Below, one piece after another: positions 63,972-64,000 of a stretch of 64,000 bases of DNA. Source of the DNA: Eledone cirrhosa (lineage: Eukaryota); the NCBI GenBank assembly GCA_964016885.1, contig OZ024740.1:123256001-123320000 (forward strand), in the 5' to 3' direction. Position 1 is the first letter of the stretch, and each line of letters opens with the position of its first letter. The translations under genes and the position numbers were made by a program. The notes beneath the pieces were generated by a model, which worked only from the letters and a program-made list of their open reading frames with translations, did no database searches and had not been told where the DNA came from.

Positions 63972-64000
63972 ATGGTTTCTTTATTAACCACAAGGGTTTA
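63972..64000 (-). mobile_element. 3' tip of a fourth Tx1-type LINE copy, running off the window
   Basis: Reverse complement taaacccttgtggttaataaagaaaccatt(att)n matches the copy C 3' end. Confidence 0.8.

Overview
AT-rich eukaryotic intergenic or intronic DNA with no recognisable host protein-coding gene. The tRNA/CORE-type SINEs, RTE LINEs with (ATG)n tails and abundant (TA)n arrays suggest an octopod cephalopod (inference). The window is almost entirely nested retroelements. These are RTE-clade LINEs (one near full length, 12606-15748), three head-to-tail L1/Tx1-type LINEs (28172-46436) plus the 3' tip of a fourth, several R4/Dong-type RLE LINEs (youngest 61110-63872), a near-complete Naiad-type Penelope-like element (19227-23194), older PLE relics, a decayed Helitron helicase and many SINE copies. 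Signals beyond the ORF track: (1) several distinct minimal type I hammerhead ribozymes with palindromic stem III, one inside a ~450-nt non-coding tandem/inverted element resembling a retrozyme or non-autonomous PLE; (2) apparent microsatellite partitioning, with RTE and PLE copies in (TA)n and the Tx1-like LINE, Dong-like LINE and a SINE in (TTA)n/(TAA)n; (3) a 3' end shared between that SINE and the Tx1-like LINE; (4) many long fold-back palindromes. All calls were made by eye, and boundaries of decayed elements are approximate.
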